DNA from: Methanothrix sp.
Lineage (GTDB): Archaea > Halobacteriota > Methanosarcinia > Methanotrichales > Methanotrichaceae
DNA length: 55,400 nucleotides
Direction of reading: 5' to 3'
Assembly (NCBI GenBank): GCA_035403205.1
Contig: DAONES010000001.1
Coordinates: 5,885 to 61,284, forward strand
Both the position numbers and the translations under genes were made by a program. Positions 1 through 8,292 of the stretch are shown here, in pieces (the first letter of the stretch is position 1; every line of letters begins with the position of its first letter). The notes below the pieces were generated by a model that did not search any database, was not told the origin of the DNA, and saw only the letters and a program-made list of their open reading frames with translations.

Positions 1-796
1 CATAGCTTTCCGCAAGAGCAGCCGACTCCTTTTGCTGAGCAGAAGGCCTGAGAATGGCAATCTTCTTTTTGGCCAATTTGGAAGCAAGAGTGACCACCTC
101 GCCCACCACCAGTATGGCCGGAGACTCTATTCCTTCCTCCTTGGCCTTCCTGGCGATGTCGCCTAAAGTTGACGAGATCATCCTTTGCTCAGGCCAGCCA
201 CCTTTCTCCACCATCGCCGCCGGAGTGCCGGGCGGCTTTCCGGCTGCGATCAGGGCGGCAGCGTTCTGCTCCAGGCGGGAGACGCCCATCAAAACGACCA
301 GCGTTCCACCCAGGGCTGCTATGGCCGACCAGTCCAGCGGAGTCTCCTTTCCCGGCTCCTCGTGGCCGGTGACGATGGTAAGCGATGAGGCCACGCCCCT
401 GTGGGTCACGGGGATACCGGCGAGCGCTGGCGCGGCAATGGAAGAGGTCACGCCCGGCACAACCTCAAAGGGAATTCCTTTCTCGATCAGTGCCAGAGCT
501 TCCTCTCCGCCTCTGCCAAAGAGGTAGGGGTCTCCCCCCTTCAGGCGCACTACGGTGTTTCCCGCCTGCGCCTTTTCTATGAGAAGACGGTTGATCCCTT
601 CCTGATTCAGCTTATGCCGGCCGGCATTCTTTCCCACATCGATCAATTCCGCCCGGACTCCATCCAGCATCCTCGGGTCAAGCAGCCGGTCAAACAACAC
701 CACATCCGCCTCCCCAAGTAGCCTTTTCGCCTTCAGGGTCATGAGCTCCGGGTCGCCAGGGCCGGCTCCCACCAGATAAACCTTACCGCATGCCAA
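1..796 (-). CDS. cobA: Uroporphyrinogen-III C-methyltransferase, probably fused to a HemD-like C-terminal part; 3' end runs off the window
   Basis: Manual translation: (M)[37 protein letters not shown]...[19 protein letters not shown]...[14 protein letters not shown] start at 796 overlaps the hemC stop. The frame continues past the CobA domain (KKIAILRP..), which resembles a HemD start. Not in the ORF track because it is truncated. Confidence 0.9.
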   Translation of the reverse strand, partial: MACGKVYLVGAGPGDPELMTLKAKRLLGEADVVLFDRLLDPRMLDGVRAELIDVGKNAGRHKLNQEGINRLLIEKAQAGNTVVRLKGGDPYLFGRGGEEALALIEKGIPFEVVPGVTSSIAAPALAGIPVTHRGVASSLTIVTGHEEPGKETPLDWSAIAALGGTLVVLMGVSRLEQNAAALIAAGKPPGTPAAMVEKGGWPEQRMISSTLGDIARKAKEEGIESPAILVVGEVVTLASKLAKKKIAILRPSAQQKESAALAESY

Positions 797-1718
797 ATTC
801 CTTCACCGCCTCATCTACCAACTCTCTGCCACCCATGTTCATGAGCCTCTGCCCCATGTCCTCAGCTCTCCTCAGAGGGTCTTCCTGCAAAGAGATCTTT
901 TCATCCAGCCGCACAAACCTCTTGCCATCCAGGGAGAGGACCTCTGCCAGGACGCGGGCCTGGCCGCCGGAGACCGTCGCATGAACTGCCATGGGCACCA
1001 CACAGCCGCCGCCCACCGTCTCCAGGATTCTGCGCTCGATCATGGTCTCAGTTCGGGTGGCTGCATCGTCAAGCATTCGAGAATAGCATTCCGCCTGCGA
1101 TCCTTTCCTGGCCACGACGATTATGGTTCCCTGGTTTGCCGAGGGAACGAACATCTCATCGTCCAGCCGCACATAATCCTCATCCAGCCCCATTCTCTCC
1201 AGGCCTGCTTTGGCTAGGAGGATGGCATCATAGCTTCCTTCATGCAGCTTGCGCATTCTTGTCTGAAGGTTGCCCCGCAGATTGGTGACAATCAGATCGG
1301 GCCGGACCCGGCGAAGCTGCGCTGTGCGGCGCATGCTGGAGGTGCCAACGGTCGCTCCTTCTTTCAGCTCCTCCAGCCCCTTTATCGACCGGTCCCGGCA
1401 GAGCATGATATCACAGGGCGAGTCGCGCTTGAGGATGGCTGAGATGACCAGCTCAAGAGGCCTCTTTGTGGGCAGATCCTTCATGCTGTGCACTGCCAGG
1501 TCGATCTCTCCCTTCAGCATCCGCTCGTCTATCTCCGCCACGAAGACGCCGAAGCCGGTGAGCTGGTGCAGAGGCTTGTCCAGGAAGACGTCTCCGCTGG
1601 TCTTGACTAAAATTAATTCGGTCTCTATGCCAATAGATGAGAGGCCTTTTTGAACTATTTCGGTCTGGCGCAATGCCAGAGGGCTGCCCCGGCTGCCCAC
1701 GGTCAGCTTTTTAGACAG
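783..1718 (-). CDS. hemC: Hydroxymethylbilane synthase (porphobilinogen deaminase)
   Basis: [45 protein letters not shown] motifs. Start extended from GTG 1700 to CTG 1718 (see findings). Confidence 0.95.
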   Translation of the reverse strand: MSKKLTVGSRGSPLALRQTEIVQKGLSSIGIETELILVKTSGDVFLDKPLHQLTGFGVFVAEIDERMLKGEIDLAVHSMKDLPTKRPLELVISAILKRDSPCDIMLCRDRSIKGLEELKEGATVGTSSMRRTAQLRRVRPDLIVTNLRGNLQTRMRKLHEGSYDAILLAKAGLERMGLDEDYVRLDDEMFVPSANQGTIIVVARKGSQAECYSRMLDDAATRTETMIERRILETVGGGCVVPMAVHATVSGGQARVLAEVLSLDGKRFVRLDEKISLQEDPLRRAEDMGQRLMNMGGRELVDEAVKEFGMR

Positions 1719-2971
1719 GTGCGAGCCGCCTCCAGGGTGGTTTCTATGACTTGTGGGCTGTGAGCCGCTGATATGAAATCAGTCTCATACTGGCTGGGGG
1801 TGAGGAAGATCCCTTCACTGAGCATGCGGCGGAAGAAGGCCAGGTAGCTGTTCTTGTCGCATTTCAGTGCCTGGGCATAATCACGGGGCTCTTCTCCGAA
1901 GAATAACTTGAACATCGAGGCTATGCCCACCACGTGATAGCCTATTCCCAGGTCGTCCACGATCTCCTGAAGGCCCTTCCTCATCTGCATTCCTGTGGCA
2001 TTTAGCTTGTCAAGGGTCTTTTCCTTCTCCAGGATATCGAGGGTGGCCATGCCGCAGGCGAGGGAGACGGGACTGCCGTTGAAGGTTCCTGCCTGGTAGA
2101 TGCCTCCGCCTGGTGCGACCTGCTCCATCAGATCGCGCCTGCCTCCGAAGACGCCCACCGGAAAGCCTCCGCCGATGATCTTGCCCAGAGTGGTAAGGTC
2201 GGGCTTGACACCAAAAAGCTCCTGCGCCCCGCCCATGGAGAGTCTGAATCCGGTTATGACCTCGTCGAAGATCAGCAAGACATCGTGCTCCCTGGTTAGT
2301 CTGCGGACGCCTTCAAGGTATCCTGGCAGCGGCAGAACGGGGCCGATGTTGCCCAGGACCGGTTCCATGATCAGACAGGCTATTTGTCCGGGGTAGCTGG
2401 ATAGAACCTTCTCCAGGGCGGCCAGGTCGTTGTAGGGCACCTGCAGAGTGTTCTTGGCAGTGTCTGCCGGAACGCCCTTTGAATCGGGAATGCTCAGAGT
2501 TGTCGCTCCCGAGCCGGCCTTCACAAGAACGCTATCATGAGCCCCGTGAAATCCCCCCTCGATCTTGATGATCTTATCGCGACCGGTAGCGCCGCGAGCG
2601 ACGCGGATTGCCGCCATTGTGGCCTCGGTCCCGGTGCTCACGAAGCGGAGCATCTCCATGCTAGGGTAGAGGCTGCTTATTCTCCTCGCCGCCGCGACCT
2701 CAAGCAGAGATGGAGTTCCATAGAGCCAGCCGCGGGACATCTGATCCGCAGCGGCGCTGGCGATGGCAGGGTGGCTATGGCCTAGGATCATGGGCCCGTA
2801 TGCCAGACAGTAATCGATATACCGATTTCCGTCCGCGTCCCAGAGATAGGGGCCATCTGCCCGGGCAGTGTAGAAGGGGCAGGGGGAGATGGCGCGCACG
2901 GGGCTGGATACGCCGCCTGGCATCAGCTTTTTGGCGCAATTAAAGAGCCTGATGGATGAATCAATTTGCAT
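1703..2971 (-). CDS. hemL: Glutamate-1-semialdehyde 2,1-aminomutase
   Basis: [43 protein letters not shown] (PLP lysine), [11 protein letters not shown] at 2971 is the more plausible start. Confidence 0.95.
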   Translation of the reverse strand: MQIDSSIRLFNCAKKLMPGGVSSPVRAISPCPFYTARADGPYLWDADGNRYIDYCLAYGPMILGHSHPAIASAAADQMSRGWLYGTPSLLEVAAARRISSLYPSMEMLRFVSTGTEATMAAIRVARGATGRDKIIKIEGGFHGAHDSVLVKAGSGATTLSIPDSKGVPADTAKNTLQVPYNDLAALEKVLSSYPGQIACLIMEPVLGNIGPVLPLPGYLEGVRRLTREHDVLLIFDEVITGFRLSMGGAQELFGVKPDLTTLGKIIGGGFPVGVFGGRRDLMEQVAPGGGIYQAGTFNGSPVSLACGMATLDILEKEKTLDKLNATGMQMRKGLQEIVDDLGIGYHVVGIASMFKLFFGEEPRDYAQALKCDKNSYLAFFRRMLSEGIFLTPSQYETDFISAAHSPQVIETTLEAARTCLKS

Positions 2972-3250
2972 GAGAAGAGATACCCTGCGGCGCAGATTAA
3001 TCAAACTTGCGAGCCAGCGCATCATTTGTATTCTTTATAAATCGTCATATACAGGGGCCCATCCAGCTAACGGCAGGTTGCTACTATTATTATTTACGAA
3101 AAGTATATATAATATCAACTACATCCTTAACTATATTAGTATTATATGTTTGTAATGCAAATTAAAGCAAACGAAGAGGCATGTTGGACGGGCGGCTAAG
3201 CAATAAAATAAGAAATATGTTAAAAGGGATGGCACGAGGGATGGCACGAA

Positions 3251-4456
3251 TTATAACGCTGCACCCTTCCACCCCGCCTCTTCGATTTTTTTGATGACCA
3301 TGCGAAGCGGCAGACCGGTTTCGCTGGCGATTTTCCGGCAGTCTTCATACTCGGGCTTGATGCCTAAAAGCTCGCCATCAAGGCGGCTCTCCTTCACCTG
3401 TGCCCTGTAGACTCTGCCGCTGATATCGACCTGAATTTCCCTTTGCACCCGAGCCGCCACCAGCCGGTGAATGCTGGGAAAGATGCGTACCCCCAAAGAT
3501 CCCGTCTCCCTGATCATTACTCTGGAGAGGTGCTGCATATCCTCGCTCCGGGAGATCGCCCGGATCACTGATCCCGCCCGCCCCTTCTTCATCAGGGCGG
3601 GCAGGACGGATACATCCAGGGCACCGGCCTGCATGAGCTGCTCAATCAGATGGCCCAGAACCTCTCCTGTCACATCATCCACGTTGGTCTCCAGCTGCAC
3701 AATCTGGTCACCATGCCCCCCGTGCATCATTCCTTCATCGGGAGCGGGAAGGGTCTCCGCGATCATGGACCTCAGGACATTGGGCAGGACCAGCTCTCTC
3801 CTGCCGGCTCCATAGCCCACCTTCTCCGCCCGGATCGGGGGAATGCTGCTGACAAACTCATCGACCAGAACGGCAAGCAACGCCGCGCCAGTGGGTGTGA
3901 GCAGCTCCTCCTCGACCGGGCCGCCCTTCCAGGGCATATCGTGGGTGCGCAGTATCTCCGTTGCCGCAGGCCCGGGCACAGAGAGAAGGCCGTGCGCCGT
4001 TGAGACATAGCCTCCGCCCACAGAGACCGGCCTGGATAGAACGCGCTGCACAGAGAAGCTGTGCCTCGCTGCGCAGGATCCGGCGATGTCCGCCAGTGCG
4101 TCCAGTGCACCGATCTCATGAAAGTGGGCCTGTTGCGCGGCCACGCCATGCACCCTGCCTTCAGCCTCTGCCAGGATATCAAGAGCAGAGAGGGCGTCTT
4201 CCAGGGCTTTTCCCTGCAAGCTGGAGTTCTTGAGGATGCTCACGGCTTCGCTCAAGGAATGAAACCTGTGGTCGGAGATGACTCGCGCCCGGCAGGACAT
4301 GATATGGCTCTTCTCCTGAGTTGTGACCTCCAGACGGCAGCCGACGGACTCGACTGCTTTGCAGACGGCATCATGATCCGCCCCCAGGTCGAGAAGAGAT
4401 GCCATGATCATATCGCCGGAAGCGCCAGCCGCAGGATCGAAGAGAAGGACTTTCAT
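3251..4456 (-). CDS. larC: Nickel pincer cofactor biosynthesis protein LarC (TIGR00299 family)
   Basis: DPAAGASGDM, HFHEIGALD, VPGPAA, ELLTPTGAA, LETNVDD, MKKGR, KPEYEDC motifs. Confidence 0.92.
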   Translation of the reverse strand: MKVLLFDPAAGASGDMIMASLLDLGADHDAVCKAVESVGCRLEVTTQEKSHIMSCRARVISDHRFHSLSEAVSILKNSSLQGKALEDALSALDILAEAEGRVHGVAAQQAHFHEIGALDALADIAGSCAARHSFSVQRVLSRPVSVGGGYVSTAHGLLSVPGPAATEILRTHDMPWKGGPVEEELLTPTGAALLAVLVDEFVSSIPPIRAEKVGYGAGRRELVLPNVLRSMIAETLPAPDEGMMHGGHGDQIVQLETNVDDVTGEVLGHLIEQLMQAGALDVSVLPALMKKGRAGSVIRAISRSEDMQHLSRVMIRETGSLGVRIFPSIHRLVAARVQREIQVDISGRVYRAQVKESRLDGELLGIKPEYEDCRKIASETGLPLRMVIKKIEEAGWKGAAL

Positions 4457-4538
4457 GGCTGGATGGCTTGCCTGCGATCTTAAATAAGGATTGGCTTCGG
4501 CAGAGGTCAGAGACCGTCTGCCCAATCAGCTATGGCAG

Positions 4539-5009
4539 CTATTTCTGCACAAGCTCCGCCAGCCTCTTTGCCACAGCATCCGCATGCCCTTTGACTGAGA
4601 CCTTCTTCCAGACGTAGGCGACCTTTCCCAGGGGATCGATGAGAAAGGTTGACCTGACTGCGCCATAGCTCTCTTTTCCGTACATCTTCTTGAGAGCCCA
4701 GGCCCCGTAGGCTTCGGTTACCCTGTGGTCTTGATCGCTGGCCAGCGTAACCATAAGGCCGTGCTTATCGGCAAACTTTCTATGGCTTGCCGGGGAGTCG
4801 CGACTGACTCCCAGGACGGCAGCGCCCAGATCCTGAAGGTGAGGAAGGGCAGCAGAGAAATCCACTGCTTCCCTGGTGCAGCCGCTGGTGTTGTCCCGAG
4901 GATAGAAGTAAAGGACCAGCCACCGGTCCAGATAGTCTTTCAAACAGATTTCCTGCTCATCTGCGCCTGGCAGACAGAATAGGGGAGCCGCATCACCAAT
5001 CTCGACCAT
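4539..5009 (-). CDS. bcp: Peroxiredoxin, BCP/PrxQ family
   Basis: VLYFYPRDNTSGCTREA active site, GVSRDS, RSTFLID; ATG at 5009 (MVEIGDAAPLF). Confidence 0.9.
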   Translation of the reverse strand: MVEIGDAAPLFCLPGADEQEICLKDYLDRWLVLYFYPRDNTSGCTREAVDFSAALPHLQDLGAAVLGVSRDSPASHRKFADKHGLMVTLASDQDHRVTEAYGAWALKKMYGKESYGAVRSTFLIDPLGKVAYVWKKVSVKGHADAVAKRLAELVQK

Positions 5010-5118
5010 ATCTTGCTCACTAATTTGCCAATTGTCGGACAGAGATAAAATCTCTTCGACGACCTGAGAGAGGCAATGCATAGCTTCGTTTGAAAGGCTC
5101 CTGTTCATGCCGAAGAAA

Positions 5119-5895
5119 TCAGGCGATCCTGTAAATCCTCATCTGGCCATTATCGAATTCCTTCGAGAATCCATCTATGCTGTCGCCATTGATCATCTTG
5201 GTATAGATGGTTTCCTTTTTCAGGTTCGACTTAATATCGAATCTGCCGGAGGGCTGGTCTTTCGGAATCTTCACATAGTCGCTGAAATGATCGCCTGCTG
5301 CCATCAATACTGCAAAAAACTTGCCCAAATCATCTGCCATCACAAGCGAATAAGTTGCTCGATATTTGGCTGCGATTTGCTTAGCAGATGTCGCATTCTC
5401 TGATAAGAAGAAATCCGCTACATCCTTGACCTTTTCATCAGATTCATAGGGATACCACAGGGCATATTCTATCTTATGCCAGGGCTTTGTCGCATCTTCA
5501 TAGCCAGCAATGGTATTCCTGATTTCCTTGGACGCTTCCCTGATTACCACTCCGTGGTTTCCGATCTTTTCAATTCCGTCCGCATAATCCCACCAGGCCA
5601 GAACAACGGCATTCTTTTCAGTGTTGTTTGCCAGCCATTGATATCCTTCTACTGCCTTAGAGTCTTTCAGGAACCAGTCCATGGATTGCATGCCGCTGAA
5701 TTCCAGGTACATTCCGAGCAACGCGGCAGCAACTACAATAACCACTGCCACGATCCCTTTTGTTCTCCTTGTGATTTCTTCCTGAGTTTTCATGGATTCC
5801 TCCTCCGATGGAAAATAGATTCTGGAAGGCTTCTGCAGCTGCATTTTCCGTGGGCACCATCCCGTCCAGTGCCTGATGATTTCTGCAAATTGCAT
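5119..5895 (-). CDS. Single-TM protein: N-terminal DUF1673-like GWCP motif plus oligosaccharyltransferase (AglB/STT3) C-terminal-like domain
   Basis: IIRHWTGWCP; one hydrophobic helix; WLANNT..NAVVLAWWDYA; VADFFLSEN..A..IAAKY; DDLGKF; terminal F...F.NG.MRIYRI. Confidence 0.65.
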   Translation of the reverse strand: MQFAEIIRHWTGWCPRKMQLQKPSRIYFPSEEESMKTQEEITRRTKGIVAVVIVVAAALLGMYLEFSGMQSMDWFLKDSKAVEGYQWLANNTEKNAVVLAWWDYADGIEKIGNHGVVIREASKEIRNTIAGYEDATKPWHKIEYALWYPYESDEKVKDVADFFLSENATSAKQIAAKYRATYSLVMADDLGKFFAVLMAAGDHFSDYVKIPKDQPSGRFDIKSNLKKETIYTKMINGDSIDGFSKEFDNGQMRIYRIA

Positions 5896-5896
5896 T

Positions 5897-6343
5897 TCAG
5901 ACCATCTCCTTCAATTTGGCAAATAATTCCTCTGCCATTTTGGTAGGATCAGAGACCCGATGAAGTTCGATGCCAAGCTCATCTGAAAAATCCCATAGCA
6001 ATTCGATGCACTTTGCATACTCATCGCATGACTTGCAGTCACCATCGTGTTCATACCAGACCTGAAGGCCATGCTTGCCTGAGACGAAGATGATTGCATC
6101 AACGCTAAAAGGAACAGAACGACCGAATAGGACTCCCAGCTGCGGATTGCTTTTTATTATGTTGATTCTATTGGCCGCTGCCATCTCGCACAGGGCGGTC
6201 TCAACCTTCCTGTCCATTGAAATAATGGCTTTCGAGACCGCCTGCCTCGAGATCCCAAAATTTGTGGCGATGCTTATATTGGGCATCCTGGCACGCCGAA
6301 GCTTCCAGAATTCGAACTGTTTTTCGTTGATGAACAAGTTCAT
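5897..6343 (-). CDS. Putative HTH transcription regulator with C-terminal Cys cluster
   Basis: IATNFGISRQAVSKA helix-turn-helix; QVWYEHDGDCKSCDEYAKC; ends 1 nt before the next gene. Confidence 0.75.
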   Translation of the reverse strand: MNLFINEKQFEFWKLRRARMPNISIATNFGISRQAVSKAIISMDRKVETALCEMAAANRINIIKSNPQLGVLFGRSVPFSVDAIIFVSGKHGLQVWYEHDGDCKSCDEYAKCIELLWDFSDELGIELHRVSDPTKMAEELFAKLKEMV

Positions 6344-6344
6344 A

Positions 6345-6385
6345 TGTCAACTTTAATTGGTTGACAATAAATAGTTTTCTGTCAA
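6345..6385 (-). promoter_or_regulatory. Inverted-repeat operator overlapping a TATA-like promoter of the HTH gene
   Basis: TGTCAAC-N8-GTTGACA (6345-6366) directly upstream of ATG 6343; TATTTATT on the minus strand at ~6367-6374; extra TGTCAA half-site at 6380-6385. Confidence 0.55.
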
Positions 6386-6551
6386 AGACGCCAAGGGATT
6401 CGGCGGGATTGCCATCAATATATCTATCCGTCAGAGTGAAGCAGATGGACCCAAGAGATTGTGAAATACTGCATCCTGAAGGTCTCTGGATTGCCTCTTC
6501 ATATCCGTCCGTTTAGCCTCCATTAGTCGCAGCCGGGCTGGGCGCCCGCGT

Positions 6552-7106
6552 GCGTGGCAGCTTCGGAGAGCTGTTTGTGCAAGGAGAGCATCCACTCCAC
6601 CAGGCGGGCCATGCGATCATGACGGGCTATGTCAGCGGGATTGGTCCGAAATGGGGCGGCTAAATATACTGGATCAAGAAAACTAAAACCTAATGACTAC
6701 GATTTTAACCACAAAGACACAAAGCTCACAAAGAACGCACAAAGACGAATAGACAAATATCTCATGGCCGGAATTTAATAAATTTTCTTTGTGACTCCTT
6801 TGTGCGCTTTGTGTCTTTGTGGTGATAGTAGTAGTAAGTTCTCGCTCCGCATACCGCCAAAATTTATTTGACAATTATGATCCTGCATTTCCCTCCACAA
6901 TCCCGATCTCCTCTTTTGTCAGCCCGTAAAGCCGGGCTCCCGTCGATCTGCCCGTCCGTGGCCTCGATCAGGCCGCTTGCCAGGGCAGTCTTTTCGTGAG
7001 GCGTGGCAGCTTCGGGGAGCTGTTTGTGCGAGAAGCGAGCATCCTCTCTACCAGGGATACAATGCGATTGTGGCGGGCGACGTCTGCGGGTTCTGAGAAA
7101 TCGATG
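6552..7106. repeat. Direct repeat copy 1 (~550 bp; RM C-terminal fragments plus palindromic element)
   Basis: Matches 7743-8292 at offset 1191; apparently identical for the first ~350 bp, then diverged. Confidence 0.92.
6708..6823. repeat. Palindromic REP/MITE-like element with CACAAAG sub-repeats
   Basis: Left arm ACCACAAAGACACAAAGCTCACAAAGAACGCACAAAG; right arm (revcomp) ACCACAAAGACACAAAGCGCACAAAGGAGTCACAAAG. Confidence 0.85.
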
Positions 7107-7133
7107 AAGCGAGTTAAAATGATTTCATTTCGC

Positions 7134-7403
7134 TTATATGCAATAGGCAAAATCATGATGATCGAAGTTTTGAAACTCGATCTTATTCTCATTGTTGTAG
7201 ACCTGATAGATGATAGCCCAATGCTTGGCCACATGTGTGCTCTGTTTCCCCGCCAAGTTTCCACTCAAATTTTCACCGATTTCAGGATTTGCAGCAATTT
7301 CTTCAATCCTTTTGAGAACCCTTTCTCTCAAAGGTGTATCCTTTTTGGTCAGGCGTTTGAAATTTCTTTGGAACTGCGGAGCAAAATCAAGATGAAAGGT
7401 CAT
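7134..7403 (-). CDS. RelE/ParE-superfamily toxin
   Basis: MTFHLDFAPQFQRNFKRL..RVLKRIEEIAANPEIGENLSGNLAG..STHV..W.IIYQV....IEF..FDHHD..Y; ATG overlaps the antitoxin stop (ATGA). Confidence 0.8.
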   Translation of the reverse strand: MTFHLDFAPQFQRNFKRLTKKDTPLRERVLKRIEEIAANPEIGENLSGNLAGKQSTHVAKHWAIIYQVYNNENKIEFQNFDHHDFAYCI

Positions 7404-7564
7404 AGATCGCGTAGATAGGCGATTGCGTCCTCCACGTTTACAAATCGCTTCGCCAGACCCATTTTGCATTCCCTGGCGCCTTTTAGCGTCCCCGCGACAA
7501 TGCGCTCATCTTCTTCAAGAGGCACCGTTTTCTTTGTGGGCACCATGGACTTTTTCGCTTTCAT
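7400..7564 (-). CDS. Putative antitoxin (54 aa)
   Basis: Manual translation MKAKKSMVPTKKTVPLEEDERIVAGTLKGARECKMGLAKRFVNVEDAIAYLRDL*; typical F.NVEDAI.YL C-terminus; coupled to the toxin. Confidence 0.7.
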   Translation of the reverse strand: MKAKKSMVPTKKTVPLEEDERIVAGTLKGARECKMGLAKRFVNVEDAIAYLRDL

Positions 7565-7622
7565 CTTAACCGCCTTGCTTTAGCATGGACTTAATGCTTT
7601 TAAAGACTTTCGCCGAACGCTT

Positions 7623-7835
7623 TTATTTGCCTGCAGCTTCCACAATCCCAATCTCCTCCTCGGTCAGCCCGTAAAGCCGGGCTCCCGTCGATCTGCCCGT
7701 CCGTGGCCTCGATCTGCCGCTGCAGGGCAGTCTTTTCTTGAGGCGTGGCAGCTTCGGAGAGCTGTTTGTGCAAGGAGAGCATCCACTCCACCAGGCGGGC
7801 CATGCGATCATGACGGGCTATGTCAGCGGGATTGG
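7623..7835 (-). pseudogene. Isolated fragment of the type IIG RM C-terminal helical tail
   Basis: PADIARHDRMARLVEWMLSLHKQLSEAATPQEKTALQRQIEATDGQID-(fs)-ARLYGLTEEEIGIVE. Confidence 0.8.
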
Positions 7836-8292
7836 TCCGAAATGGGGCGGCTAAATATACTGGATCAAGAAAACTAAAACCTAATGACTACGATTTTAAC
7901 CACAAAGACACAAAGCTCACAAAGAACGCACAAAGACGAATAGACAAATATCTCATGGCCGGAATTTAATAAATTTTCTTTGTGACTCCTTTGTGCGCTT
8001 TGTGTCTTTGTGGTGATAGTAGTAGTAAGTTCTCGCTCCGCATACCGCCAAAATTTATTTGACAATTATGATCCTGCATTTCCCTCCACAATTCCGATCT
8101 CCTCTTTTGTCAGCCCGTACAGCCGGGCAGCCGTCGATCTGCCCGTCCGTGGCCTCGATCTGCCGCTGCAGGGCAGTCTTTTCGTGAGGTGTGGCCGCTT
8201 CGGGGAGCTGTTTGTGCAGGTCGAGCATCCTCTCCACCAGGGAGACCATGTGATCATGGCGGGCGACGTCGGCGGGATCGGAGAAATCGATG
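7743..8292. repeat. Direct repeat copy 2
   Basis: Matches 6552-7106; includes the native 3' end of the RM gene. Confidence 0.92.
7899..8014. repeat. Palindromic REP/MITE-like element, copy 2
   Basis: Same sequence as 6708-6823. Confidence 0.85.

Noticed and set aside
54-721. Plus-strand ORFs in the track over 54-721
   Set aside because: Antisense shadows of the minus-strand cobA, which the track missed because it is truncated
3226-3249. 12-bp tandem duplication GGGATGGCACGA x2 after the larC stop
   Set aside because: Only two units, no further structure; likely local slippage
6683-6874. 63-aa ORF repeated at 7874-8065
   Set aside because: It is the translation of the palindromic element; identity reflects the DNA duplication, not coding selection
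6552-8292. Possible CRISPR array or DGR template/variable repeat
   Set aside because: No regular repeat-spacer period; differences between copies are not adenine-specific and there is no reverse transcriptase or cas gene in the window
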